Below, one piece after another: positions 17,880-26,462 of a stretch of DNA of 64,000 nt. The position numbers and the translations under genes were made by a program. Under the pieces are notes generated by a model. It worked only from the letters and a program-made list of their open reading frames with translations. It was not told the DNA's origin and did not search any database. This DNA comes from a virus (Duplodnaviria > Caudoviricetes). The number at the start of each line of letters is the position of its first letter. Position 1 is the first letter of the stretch. The stretch lies in IMG/VR virus record IMGVR_UViG_3300031996_000001, positions 18,692 through 82,691 of that record; one strand, 5' to 3'.

Positions 17880-17916
17880 GGGTTGAACTATAGCGGACTT
17901 GTCAACTACGTCAACA
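17879..17916 (-). promoter_or_regulatory. SigA-like leaderless promoter with tandem TTGAC
   Basis: TTGACG 17914-09, TTGACA 17905-00, TATAGT 17892-87, 7 nt, ATG 17879. Confidence 0.8.
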
Positions 17917-17929
17917 CGGGGGTGCACGA

Positions 17930-17971
17930 AGGGCCCGGCTACCAGGGCTTGAACGCCTTGGGCCGGGCCCT
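17930..17971 (-). terminator. Hairpin terminating the tRNA transcript
   Basis: AGGGCCCGGC..GCCGGGCCCT followed by TCGT on - strand. Confidence 0.55.
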
Positions 17972-18059
17972 CCTGGCGACGCCATGCACGCCGCCTGCCG
18001 CTGCGACGGGATGCACCCGGCGCATGGAAACCGGGGAGTGCCGCCGGGTTGCGAACCCG

Positions 18060-18132
18060 CAGGGCTGGAAGGACTCGAACCTCCGACACGCGGCTTTGGA
18101 GACCACTGCTCTGCCAGCTGAGCTACAACCCT
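18060..18132 (-). tRNA. trnW: tRNA-Trp (CCA), no encoded 3' CCA
   Basis: AGGGTTG TA GCTC AGCTGGCA GAGC A GTGGT CTCCAAA GCCGC GTGTC GGAGG TTCGAGT CCTTC CAGCCCT G folds as a cloverleaf. Confidence 0.92.
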
Positions 18133-18282
18133 GAGACCCGCCCGGTTCCCGGTGCGCTCAGCCGCTCATGCGTCCCCGCAAGGATCGCTGGCTCTGGTCG
18201 TCACTGTCGGGAGTCCGGACGGGCAGGACGGACTATAGCCCCTTCACACGTCCCCGACGTGGCACCGGGGCGTGTTGTCCGG

Positions 18283-18606
18283 TCAGGCGGCTACTCGCTC
18301 TGTAGATCGGCGGGGGACGGGCACGCCCAGCCCGGTGGCCAGCCGCTCGACCAGGGCCTCCTGCAGCTCGGTCAGTGCCGGGCGCAGCTCGGGGTGGTCC
18401 CGGCGCTCGTGCTCGGCCTGCACGGCCGCGAAGAACGCCTCCTGCCCCTCGTGGTCGGCGTAGGCCACGGTCAGCGGCGGGCTCTCGTCCCCTGTCAACC
18501 GCAGCTCCAGCTCCGGCAGGGAGAACCGGAAGCCGCAGCCGGAGGTCTCGTCGTGCGGGCAGGTGTGGTGGGTCCAGCGCGCGGTCACCAGGTCGGCCTT
18601 GGTCAC
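18283..18606 (-). CDS. Hypothetical protein
   Basis: MTKADLVTARWTHHTCPH..; GTGA overlap. Confidence 0.6.
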   Translation of the reverse strand: MTKADLVTARWTHHTCPHDETSGCGFRFSLPELELRLTGDESPPLTVAYADHEGQEAFFAAVQAEHERRDHPELRPALTELQEALVERLATGLGVPVPRRSTERVAA

Positions 18607-18773
18607 GGCCTCGATGCTGCTCCCACCGGTCTCAGCGGCCGGTCCCGTCTCGGTGCCCGGCACATGCCCATCAGCTGCAGGTACAGGCAGTTGCTGGCCG
18701 ACCAGAACCCGTCCGGGCAGCCGCCGGGGATCCTCCCGACCTGCTCGCTGGCCCAGCGGTGCGTGCGCTTCAC
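18603..18773 (-). CDS. Hypothetical protein
   Basis: GTGA overlaps on both sides. Confidence 0.45.
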   Translation of the reverse strand: MKRTHRWASEQVGRIPGGCPDGFWSASNCLYLQLMGMCRAPRRDRPLRPVGAASRP

Positions 18774-19066
18774 TCGGCCACTCCCCCGATCCGCGCCGCC
18801 TCCAGCACCCGCAGCTTCGCCCAGGCCTTACGGTGCCACCAGCGCAGCCGGACCCAGTAGATCCCGCCCGACCAGCCGTCATCAGCGTGCCGGGACACGA
18901 ACAGCCGCCCGCAGCCGAAGCACCGCGCCACGGCGTTCTCCAGCTTGGTCTTCACCTCGGCCGGTTCCCCACCGTCAGGCGCGGGCACGTAGCGGGTGAG
19001 GCTCGGGACCGGCGGCAGGTCGTGGATGTGCGTGGCGGCGTCGCCGGTGGCCAGCAGCTCGCCCAT
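18770..19066 (-). CDS. Hypothetical protein (RCFGCG)
   Basis: ORF track. Confidence 0.6.
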   Translation of the reverse strand: MGELLATGDAATHIHDLPPVPSLTRYVPAPDGGEPAEVKTKLENAVARCFGCGRLFVSRHADDGWSGGIYWVRLRWWHRKAWAKLRVLEAARIGGVAE

Positions 19067-19073
19067 CAGCCCC

Positions 19074-19331
19074 TCATCGCAGGATGCAGCCCTTGTGCGG
19101 GATGGCGTGACGCGGCGGTTGACAGCGTTCCCGCAGCTCAGCGGCCCGCCGGTGCTCGGCCGGGGTCAGCTTGCCGCCCCAGGCGAGGTCCCGGGCGGCG
19201 TTGCGGTGCCAGCCCCGGTGGTGCTCGGCGAACCGGCACTCGACCAGCAGGCCGCTCTCCAGCCCGGCCGCCCAGGCCTGTGGGCAGGGCGCCAGGACGG
19301 GCTCAGGGGTGGGTGCGGGCTCAGTCCTCAC
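19074..19331 (-). CDS. Hypothetical protein
   Basis: ORF track. Confidence 0.55.
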   Translation of the reverse strand: MRTEPAPTPEPVLAPCPQAWAAGLESGLLVECRFAEHHRGWHRNAARDLAWGGKLTPAEHRRAAELRERCQPPRHAIPHKGCILR

Positions 19332-19677
19332 CGGGCTCCCTCCAGGCGCTCAGCGGCAGGCTCGCGGCCTTGCACAGGGCGTCGCGCTGGTTCCACGCCC
19401 GGACCTCGATCCGGAACGGGGTGACCAGGTCCTCGGGCATCCACTCGGCGTCGGTGTGCCCCTCGACGCCCACCACGCCGTAGCTGCCCCGGCTCGTCGC
19501 GGTCAGCCGGAAGGTGTGCCCGGCCTCGGGGTCGTCCCGCTCGGCCCGCCACTGCTCCTCGGTGAACGGCGCGCGCTCGGTCTCGGCCAGCAGCGCCATC
19601 ACCGCCTCGGCCGCTCGGGGTGCGGTGCGGCCCATCACGGCCAGCTCGATCCGGTGCTGCAGCTCGGTGTCAACCAC
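19321..19677 (-). CDS. Hypothetical protein
   Basis: ORF track; start overlaps GTGGTTGACAC; GGAGG RBS. Confidence 0.7.
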   Translation of the reverse strand: MVDTELQHRIELAVMGRTAPRAAEAVMALLAETERAPFTEEQWRAERDDPEAGHTFRLTATSRGSYGVVGVEGHTDAEWMPEDLVTPFRIEVRAWNQRDALCKAASLPLSAWREPGED

Positions 19678-19852
19678 GCTCGGCCTCCTCCTCGTGTAGT
19701 CGTCGGTGGGTCTCCTTGGCGATCTCCGGGCCCAGCCGCCGGTCGACCGGGTGCTCGTGATCCACGCCCAGGTGCTGCAGCAGGCCCTCGACGCCCAGCT
19801 GCTTGTGCACGATCGGCAGCGGCCTCGGGTGCTGCCCGGCCTGCAGGGTCAT
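19670..19852 (-). CDS. Hypothetical protein
   Basis: MTLQAGQHPRPL..; ATGA overlap. Confidence 0.55.
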   Translation of the reverse strand: MTLQAGQHPRPLPIVHKQLGVEGLLQHLGVDHEHPVDRRLGPEIAKETHRRLHEEEAERG

Positions 19853-20103
19853 GCGCGCTCCTCGACGTCGGGGCCGAACAGCGTGATCGGGAACGCCGTG
19901 CCGTCCACCACGGCCGGGTTCATCGTGGAGAACCGCACCGTCCAGCCGCTGGCCGGATCGGCGCGCTCGACCACGGAGCACAGCCCGTCGGGGTTGTCCG
20001 CGCTCGGCAGCTCGCCGCACTGGTGCCGGACGTCGGCATCGGGGTGGTGGCGCGGCAGCGCGCAGCCGTGGCTGCCCCAGAACGTCTGGCACAGCGTGCT
20101 CAC
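19849..20103 (-). CDS. Cys/His-rich hypothetical protein
   Basis: CQTFWGSHGCALPRHH. Confidence 0.6.
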   Translation of the reverse strand: MSTLCQTFWGSHGCALPRHHPDADVRHQCGELPSADNPDGLCSVVERADPASGWTVRFSTMNPAVVDGTAFPITLFGPDVEERA

Positions 20104-20699
20104 GGCTCGACCCCCTCGACGCCGCAGTCACAGGGCCCGGCCTTGCCCTCGTCGTCGGGCAGGCTCGCGCAGCTCGGGTGGTGCACCAGGTGCACGCTCT
20201 CGACCAGCGGGTGCTCGGCCAGGTGCTCGGCCAGCCGGTGCAGCTCGGCCTGCTCCTGCTCGACCTCCTCGACCCGCAGCTCCTGGGTGGCGTAGCGCTG
20301 GAAGCGGTGGCTGCTCGTGCACTCGGTCATGCACTCCATGCCGAAGCACACGGCCGCCTCGCAGCCCGCCGGGCGGTCGCCCTCGGTGTCAACCGTGGCC
20401 ACCTGGGTCAGGCTGGCGTGGATGGCCCGGACGACCTCGTCGTCCAGCCGCTTGGCGCCCAGCGGCAGCGGCATCGTGGCGTCGGCCAGCTCGGTGATCA
20501 GCCAGTTCGGCCCCGGCAGCGGCCAGCCCAGCTGGCACCAGGGCCCGTAGGTGTGCCCCTCGCGGCAGTCGGACAGGCAGGCCGCGCCCCGCTGGAAGCC
20601 CCTCAGCTGCCGCCAGGACAGCCCGGCCAGGTCCAGGGCCCCGATCGCGGGCTTCAGCGCCTCCAGCACGCGCACAGCGGCACGGAACAGCCCTCTCAC
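20100..20699 (-). CDS. Hypothetical protein
   Basis: GTGA overlap, GC3-rich. Confidence 0.6.
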   Translation of the reverse strand: MRGLFRAAVRVLEALKPAIGALDLAGLSWRQLRGFQRGAACLSDCREGHTYGPWCQLGWPLPGPNWLITELADATMPLPLGAKRLDDEVVRAIHASLTQVATVDTEGDRPAGCEAAVCFGMECMTECTSSHRFQRYATQELRVEEVEQEQAELHRLAEHLAEHPLVESVHLVHHPSCASLPDDEGKAGPCDCGVEGVEP

Positions 20700-21295
20700 G
20701 TCGGGCTCCCCGGCTCGGTCGACGGGATCAGCTTGCCCAGCGTCTCGATCACCGACCGGTGCGCCTCGACCAGGTGCGCCCGCACCGCCTTGTCCACCGC
20801 GCCGTCGTGCAGCCGCCGCAGCACCCTCGGCGAGGGGTACAGCTCGAAGTTCTCGATGAAGTCCCCGGCGAAGCTGTCCAGGCTGGTCTCCAGCGTCCAC
20901 GGGCAGTTGCGGAACGGGCAGCGGTACTGCGTGGCGTTCGGCTCCCCGACGGGCGGCACGGCCTCCTCGGCGCCGATGTCGACCAGGTGCAGCGCGGTGA
21001 CCACGCCCCACAACGCGCCGGTGCTCGCCGACTCGATCATGCTCGGCTCGGCGATCCGCATCAGCTGCTCGACCCGCTTGACCCGGGCGTGGAAGTAGGC
21101 GTCCCGGGCGTAGCGGTTGACACCGGCGATGTAGTGCCCCAGCTCCTCGGACAGCCGCCGGTCACTCGCCCCGGTCTCGGTCCCGTGCTCGGGGAACGGG
21201 CAGGGCACCGTGCGGTCGGCCTTCGGCCCCGGGCAGCGGCACTGGGACACGACCCGACCGTGCGGGCAGACGTCGCGGTTGTGCAGGTGGCTCAC
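20696..21295 (-). CDS. Hypothetical protein (CPHG..CRC; YRCPFRNCPW)
   Basis: GTGA overlap. Confidence 0.65.
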   Translation of the reverse strand: MSHLHNRDVCPHGRVVSQCRCPGPKADRTVPCPFPEHGTETGASDRRLSEELGHYIAGVNRYARDAYFHARVKRVEQLMRIAEPSMIESASTGALWGVVTALHLVDIGAEEAVPPVGEPNATQYRCPFRNCPWTLETSLDSFAGDFIENFELYPSPRVLRRLHDGAVDKAVRAHLVEAHRSVIETLGKLIPSTEPGSPT

Positions 21296-21624
21296 AGCTC
21301 GACGCCTCCCGCCTGGCCCAGTGCCTGCAGCTCGGCCAGGTCCTGGTCCGGGGAGTACCGGCCGACCAGCTCGCCGACCCACGGCGGCACAGCGGCCCCG
21401 GTGGCCCGCCAGGACGCCAGCAGCGGCCCCGGTGTCCCCGCACCCCAGGCCGTGGCCCGCACGATCGTCCACACCCCGCTCAGCGGGCTGCCGGGCTCGT
21501 CCACACGCTGGTAGTCGGCCACCAGCTCGGTGACCCGCGCGCCGTCGATCTCGTGCTCCTCGGCCACCGTGAGGTAGACCCGCAGCTTGGCCTTGCGCAG
21601 TTCTGCCATCAGCATCTCCATCAT
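21292..21624 (-). CDS. Hypothetical protein
   Basis: ATGA overlap. Confidence 0.55.
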   Translation of the reverse strand: MMEMLMAELRKAKLRVYLTVAEEHEIDGARVTELVADYQRVDEPGSPLSGVWTIVRATAWGAGTPGPLLASWRATGAAVPPWVGELVGRYSPDQDLAELQALGQAGGVEL

Positions 21625-21899
21625 CTGGCCCGCTGCTCGCGGGCGATCACAGCCAGCAGGCTGCCAGCCGGTCTGCGTCGGACGGCCGACGTCAGCATCT
21701 CGTATGGGACCTCGCCGTCGATCCACCGCATCTCGCACCGCTCACAGCGCTCCAGGTGCGCCGCGATCGTGGCCAGGAAGCACAGGTCCACCTGGCCCAG
21801 GAAGGCCGCCTCGACCCCGTCAGCGGCCCGCAGCAGGCCCTCGGAGCGGTTGACCATGCCGGTGAGCGCCTGGTTCCACACCTCGAAGGCGTGGCGCAT
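21621..21899 (-). CDS. Hypothetical protein
   Basis: MRHAFEVWNQ..HLERCERCE; start uncertain. Confidence 0.5.
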   Translation of the reverse strand: MRHAFEVWNQALTGMVNRSEGLLRAADGVEAAFLGQVDLCFLATIAAHLERCERCEMRWIDGEVPYEMLTSAVRRRPAGSLLAVIAREQRAR

Positions 21900-21991
21900 G
21901 GCAGGCCCCCGCGCCCTCGACAGCGAGTCGGGGAAGGCCCCGATCCGCGCCGCTGCTCGCTGCCCCGGACGCTGCCTCGGCTGCCTCCTCG

Positions 21992-22282
21992 ACCGTGTCG
22001 CACCGTGTCGCAAGGATCAGCCCCCCGTGTCGCAGACAAAACCGCAGGTCAGCACCGTGTCGCACCATGTCGCAGTGTCGCAGGTAGATACCGAATAGAG
22101 TATTACAACTCTCTCAACAAAAATGCGCGCGCGCGGGCTACTCTGAGTAACCATCCGACCCCTCTCCCCCGACCTGCCCAGAAACCCTTGCGACACTGCG
22201 ACATGGGCGCTGACCTGCGCTTTTACCTTGCGACACGGTGTGCGACACGGCTCCCACGCTGCGACACGGGACTGACCTGCAG
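21992..22282. repeat. Putative replication origin: inverted TGTCGCA iteron arrays around an AT-rich core
   Basis: TGTCGCA at 21996, 22006, 22028, 22058, 22068, 22076; TGCGACA at 22189, 22197, 22229, 22241, 22260; GCAGGTCAG 22044 vs CTGACCTGC 22210 and 22272; AT-rich core about 22085-22152. Confidence 0.75.
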
Positions 22283-22315
22283 TTTCGCGCCGTTGACCGC
22301 GTCCAGGCACAACGA

Positions 22316-22347
22316 AGCCCCCCGCCTCGACCTGACAGCGGGGGGCT
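22316..22347 (-). terminator. Intrinsic terminator after helicase gene
   Basis: AGCCCCCCGC..GCGGGGGGCT then TCGTT on - strand. Confidence 0.65.
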
Positions 22348-22363
22348 CGATGACTACGCACGG

Positions 22364-24124
22364 TTACGGAACGGAGACCCCGACCTTGGCCCGACCGGCC
22401 GCCGTGAGGCGGTAGCGCGCCGTCGACACCGTCCCGCTCGCGTTGGTCGTGCTCGACCCCGGGACCACCTCGACCAGGCCCTCGGACTCGATCCGCTTCA
22501 GCTCGGTGCGGAAGTACGGGTTGTTCCCCGACCGGGTCGGCATCCAGTTGCTGGCGACCTTGAACACCGCGCTCGGCAGGAAGCCCTCGGCCGCCGCCAG
22601 CCCCGCGCCGTTCTCCAGGTTGACCATCGCGCGCAGCAGCTTCGGCCCGCCGGACAGCTCGACGCCCTTGGGGTTCTTCAGCGTCTGCGTCTCCACGAAG
22701 ACCCGGCCGCTCTCCTCCAGCCGGTCGGCCATGACCTTCCACCACTGCGCCCACAGCCACGGCATGACCCGGGTGGCGACGTCCTCCATGTAGCCGACGT
22801 CGATGCTCGTGGCGTCCGGGTCGTCGGCCAGGCTCATCAGCGCGCTGATCCGCATCGCGTGGTCGACGTAGCGCAGCGCCAGGGGGTCCAGCAGCTGAGC
22901 GATCCCCGGGTTGTGCGCCTCGGCGGCGGCGACCGCGCCGCGCAGCTGCGCCCGCAGCCGCTGCATCTTCAGCATCACCAGCAGCGCGGCCTTGCGCGCC
23001 GCCGGGTCGGACTTGTCGTAGATCGACAGCCGCTGCCGCTTGATCTCGGTCGGCCGCTGCAGCCACTCGTACTTGGCCACGGCGTTCTTCCACGCGCTCT
23101 CGATGCCCTTGGACACCCGGTAGGCGTTGGTGCGCTCGACCAGCCGGTCCATCGCCGCCTGCATCTGCTCGCGCATCGCGCCCAGCGGCGTGGCCATCGT
23201 CGTGTCAACCGGGGCCAGCTCGCCGTCCAGCACCGACATCCAGGCCTCGAACTTGTCGACCACGGGCGTGCGCTCGGCCTTGCACAGCAGCGTGCGGCTG
23301 AAGACACCCCGGTCCACGAAGCGGTCCCGGACCTCGCCGCCGCCGGTGAACTCGGTGAACGACTCGGGCTGCGTGAGGATCACGAAGGGCAGCGAGGGCT
23401 CGCGCGCCGACTGGGGGTCCGAGACACGGTCGGAGTCCAGGTCCTCCTGCCCCCAGCCGCGCAGCATCAGGCCCAGCGAGCCGGACTTGCCCTTGCCCTG
23501 GTACTGGCTGATCTCGCCCAGCACGTCGGGCTCGGCGGTGAGGATCATCCGGTGCCCGCCGTTGGTGGCCAGCGCCTTCTTGATCCCCTCCTGCGTGCCG
23601 GAGTCGGTGACCGAACTCGGGCACAGCCCGCCGGAGTAGACCGCGCCCACCACCTCCTTGTCGAAGTCGCCGCCCACCTGCGCCTCGTGCGCCTTGACCG
23701 CCTGCGCCCGCGCGTCGGCCACCAGCTGGCGCCGGTGATCCAGGCCCTTGCGGTCCAGCGCGAAGCGCAGCGAGCCGTTGACCTCCTTCAGCACGGTGGA
23801 CTTGCTCTGCCCGGCCTCGGCGATCCCGATGAACTGGACCACCAGCGGCGTCCAGGTGTAGAGGTCGTGCCCGCCCTGGGTGAGGTCGTGCAGCATCGGC
23901 GCCTCGAAGCCGCCCTGCGTGGCGCCGGACAGCGCGCCCAGCAGGGTGGGCAGCGCCATGCCCAGCTCGACGCCGTATTCGGCCTCGATCTGCCGGGCGT
24001 AGGCCTCGACCAGGCCGCCACTGGCGAAGCCGTGCGCCAGACCCTCGACCGGGTCCTGGCCGCCGTTGATCATCGTCGTGATCCGGGACAGCGCGCCGTC
24101 CCAGTCGCCGGTCTCCCCCAGCAT
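22364..24124 (-). CDS. DUF3987/YfjI-like P-loop helicase, C-terminal wHTH
   Basis: FIGIAEAGQSKST Walker A-like; LTAEPDVL; coupled to prim-pol. Confidence 0.75.
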   Translation of the reverse strand: MLGETGDWDGALSRITTMINGGQDPVEGLAHGFASGGLVEAYARQIEAEYGVELGMALPTLLGALSGATQGGFEAPMLHDLTQGGHDLYTWTPLVVQFIGIAEAGQSKSTVLKEVNGSLRFALDRKGLDHRRQLVADARAQAVKAHEAQVGGDFDKEVVGAVYSGGLCPSSVTDSGTQEGIKKALATNGGHRMILTAEPDVLGEISQYQGKGKSGSLGLMLRGWGQEDLDSDRVSDPQSAREPSLPFVILTQPESFTEFTGGGEVRDRFVDRGVFSRTLLCKAERTPVVDKFEAWMSVLDGELAPVDTTMATPLGAMREQMQAAMDRLVERTNAYRVSKGIESAWKNAVAKYEWLQRPTEIKRQRLSIYDKSDPAARKAALLVMLKMQRLRAQLRGAVAAAEAHNPGIAQLLDPLALRYVDHAMRISALMSLADDPDATSIDVGYMEDVATRVMPWLWAQWWKVMADRLEESGRVFVETQTLKNPKGVELSGGPKLLRAMVNLENGAGLAAAEGFLPSAVFKVASNWMPTRSGNNPYFRTELKRIESEGLVEVVPGSSTTNASGTVSTARYRLTAAGRAKVGVSVP

Positions 24125-25245
24125 CAGGACGCCACCTGCTGCTTCTTCAGCCGGTCGATGCCGCTGCTCAGGCCGCTGTCCACCGTCGCGCCGACGCCGT
24201 GGGTGCCCACGGCCATCCCGGCCTTCACCAGGCGATCACGGACCTCCTGGTAGCCGTGTCCGGCCATCACGGCCTTGCTCCCCGCGTGATACGAGACGGC
24301 ATTGAGGAGGTTGTTCCGGCCGGTCTTGGCGCCCATGTCCTCCAGCCGCCCGATCCAGCGCTCCAGCTCGGCCCAGGTGAACTCCAGCTCGGCGTCGGAG
24401 CCGTCGAAGTTCAGCGGGCCCATCTCGATCTCGACCCCGCCGGTCCGGCTGTCGATCCAGTCCCTGATCCAGGGCTCGGCCGTGTCAACCGCCCACGGCG
24501 CCTTCCCGTCGGCCGGGCCCATCCGCCACGCGGGCATCCCGAACAGCTGGCCCCGGATGACCTCGGTGAAGTCGGCGAAGCTGATCCAGCGCCGCGCCGG
24601 GTGCTGGCCCGGCCAGACGACGTACCGGTTGGACCCGGTGCGGACGTCCAGTAGGAAGCCCTTGCGCCCGGCCACGGCCTCGTCGGTGCCGCTCCAGCCA
24701 CCAGCAGGGGCCAGCCAGGCCGCCATCGCGTCGTTGAGCGCCTTCTGGTTCCACCCGGGTGCATCCAGCCAGACGTGGTAGCCCCGGGGGCTCGTGGAGA
24801 CGCCCAGCACCTTGGACTTCGGGACGGTGAAGGACAGCCGGGCGAAGTCCCGCAGCGCGCGCGGGGAGTCCAGGTCGACCACCAGGACGTCGTCCAGGAC
24901 GACGGCCAGCTGCCGCGAGCCGGTCAGCCCGTACTGCGCCAGGACCTCGTCGTAGTGCAGCGCGTCGGCCGCGCCGTGCTCGAAGCCCTGGACCGCGCCG
25001 TCGACCTTGGTGACCCACGGGTGCTTGCCCGGCCGCTGGCAGTTGCCCGCCCAGCCGGTGGCCGCGCTGCCGTCCTGACGTCGCACCGTGCCCCTCGGGC
25101 AGCAGCACTCGCCCAGGAAGTCCCGGTTCCACACCAGCAGCCACCTCGGGCCACTCAGCGGGCCCACGCCGGGCTCCGGTCCCACCTCGACCGGATGAGG
25201 TTCGGCCCGCTCGGTGACGGCGGGCCATGCGGCTGCTGCTGGCAC
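24124..25245 (-). CDS. Bifunctional DNA primase/polymerase
   Basis: CCCPRG..CQRPGKHP, LVVDLDSP, STSPRGYHVWL, DVRTGSNRYVVWPG, GRNNLLN motifs; start GTG 25245 chosen. Confidence 0.8.
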   Translation of the reverse strand: MPAAAAWPAVTERAEPHPVEVGPEPGVGPLSGPRWLLVWNRDFLGECCCPRGTVRRQDGSAATGWAGNCQRPGKHPWVTKVDGAVQGFEHGAADALHYDEVLAQYGLTGSRQLAVVLDDVLVVDLDSPRALRDFARLSFTVPKSKVLGVSTSPRGYHVWLDAPGWNQKALNDAMAAWLAPAGGWSGTDEAVAGRKGFLLDVRTGSNRYVVWPGQHPARRWISFADFTEVIRGQLFGMPAWRMGPADGKAPWAVDTAEPWIRDWIDSRTGGVEIEMGPLNFDGSDAELEFTWAELERWIGRLEDMGAKTGRNNLLNAVSYHAGSKAVMAGHGYQEVRDRLVKAGMAVGTHGVGATVDSGLSSGIDRLKKQQVAS

Positions 25246-25488
25246 TACTCCCCCTACTTCGGCTCTCGACTGACCCCGCGAGCGCGTCCAGGTGATGGGC
25301 ACTCCGAGCGGGGATCCCGACCGTAATCGGCGGGTGACGCGGAGTGTCGGACCTTGGGCGCGTGTCGGCCCTGGCAGGTTCTGCCAGCGCGGGGTCGTCG
25401 TGGTTGTGCGACTGGAACATCTAGGGGTCGTCGTCTGCACCGACCCCAACATCTAGTGCCGGGCTACCGCCCGTCGATCTCCGCCTTG

Positions 25489-25809
25489 TCAGGCAGCGTG
25501 GCGCGTGGGCTCGCTCGGCTGCCTGTAGATCGGCGTGCCCTGCGACTCGGCGATCTCGCGGCACCGCGAGCACGGCGCCCGCCGCTCCAGCTCGGCCAGC
25601 AGGCCCTCGCCGAACCTCGACCCCTCGGGGTCCCAGGTGTCAACCACGGCCAGCGTGATGCCGCCGGAGCACCGGGCCCGGATGTCGTCGTAGGCGCCGA
25701 CCGCGCCGGGTGCCTGCAGCCGCGAGCGGTGCTTGTCGACCAGGTGCTTCTTGCCGCCGTAGCCGCTGCCCCAGACCGACCGGTCCAGCTGCGCCTGCGT
25801 CATGCCCAT
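25489..25809 (-). CDS. Hypothetical protein (CSRCREI)
   Basis: ORF track. Confidence 0.6.
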   Translation of the reverse strand: MGMTQAQLDRSVWGSGYGGKKHLVDKHRSRLQAPGAVGAYDDIRARCSGGITLAVVDTWDPEGSRFGEGLLAELERRAPCSRCREIAESQGTPIYRQPSEPTRHAA

Positions 25810-26462
25810 CAGGACCGCTCCTCGCGGCCCAGCCGCCGTCCGGCCTCGAAGGCGTCGTTGGCGTTGACCGCCGACTCCTCGGCGATCAGCTCGATCGCGC
25901 GCATCAGCCCGTCCTGGAAGCCGGTCTCGTAGGACTTCGGCGTGCCCGCCGGGCGCATCTGCACCTCGGCCAGCAGGATCTGCAGCGCCGGGGAGGCGCC
26001 GCGCTCCATCCCCTCGCGGAAGATCGTGTCAACCGCCTGCCGGAAGGGCTCGCTGACCAGCAGCGTCTCGGCCCGCTCCAGCCAGTGGCCGCTGACGATC
26101 TCCGACGCGGCGCCCCACAGGTTCTCCCGGACCGCCTGCTCCGGCGGGATGCCGGGGTGCGCGGTGATCACCAGCAGCTCGGCGATCCGGTCGCGCAGCT
26201 GCGCTCGGCCGGTCGTCGGGTGCGGGTGCTCCTCCTCGTAGATCTTCCCGCGCAGGTAGACCGCCAGGTCCAGGACCTCGCCGTAGGCGTCCAGCAGGAA
26301 GGACCGCCCGTTGAACGGCCGGAGTCCGGTGCCGTACTTCTTGATCCCCAGCGCCAGCCGGTCCTGCAGGTCGTCGGTGACCAGGTTGTGCATGATCGGC
26401 AGCCGCTCGTCGGCCACGGTGGGCAGAGGCTGGTCGGACTCGGGGTCTCGGACGTCGCTCAC
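25809..26462 (-). CDS. All-alpha NTP-pyrophosphatase (MazG/dUTPase)-like protein
   Basis: RLALGIKKYGTGLRPFNGR..LDAYGEVLDLAVYL; function inferred. Confidence 0.55.
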   Translation of the reverse strand: MSDVRDPESDQPLPTVADERLPIMHNLVTDDLQDRLALGIKKYGTGLRPFNGRSFLLDAYGEVLDLAVYLRGKIYEEEHPHPTTGRAQLRDRIAELLVITAHPGIPPEQAVRENLWGAASEIVSGHWLERAETLLVSEPFRQAVDTIFREGMERGASPALQILLAEVQMRPAGTPKSYETGFQDGLMRAIELIAEESAVNANDAFEAGRRLGREERS

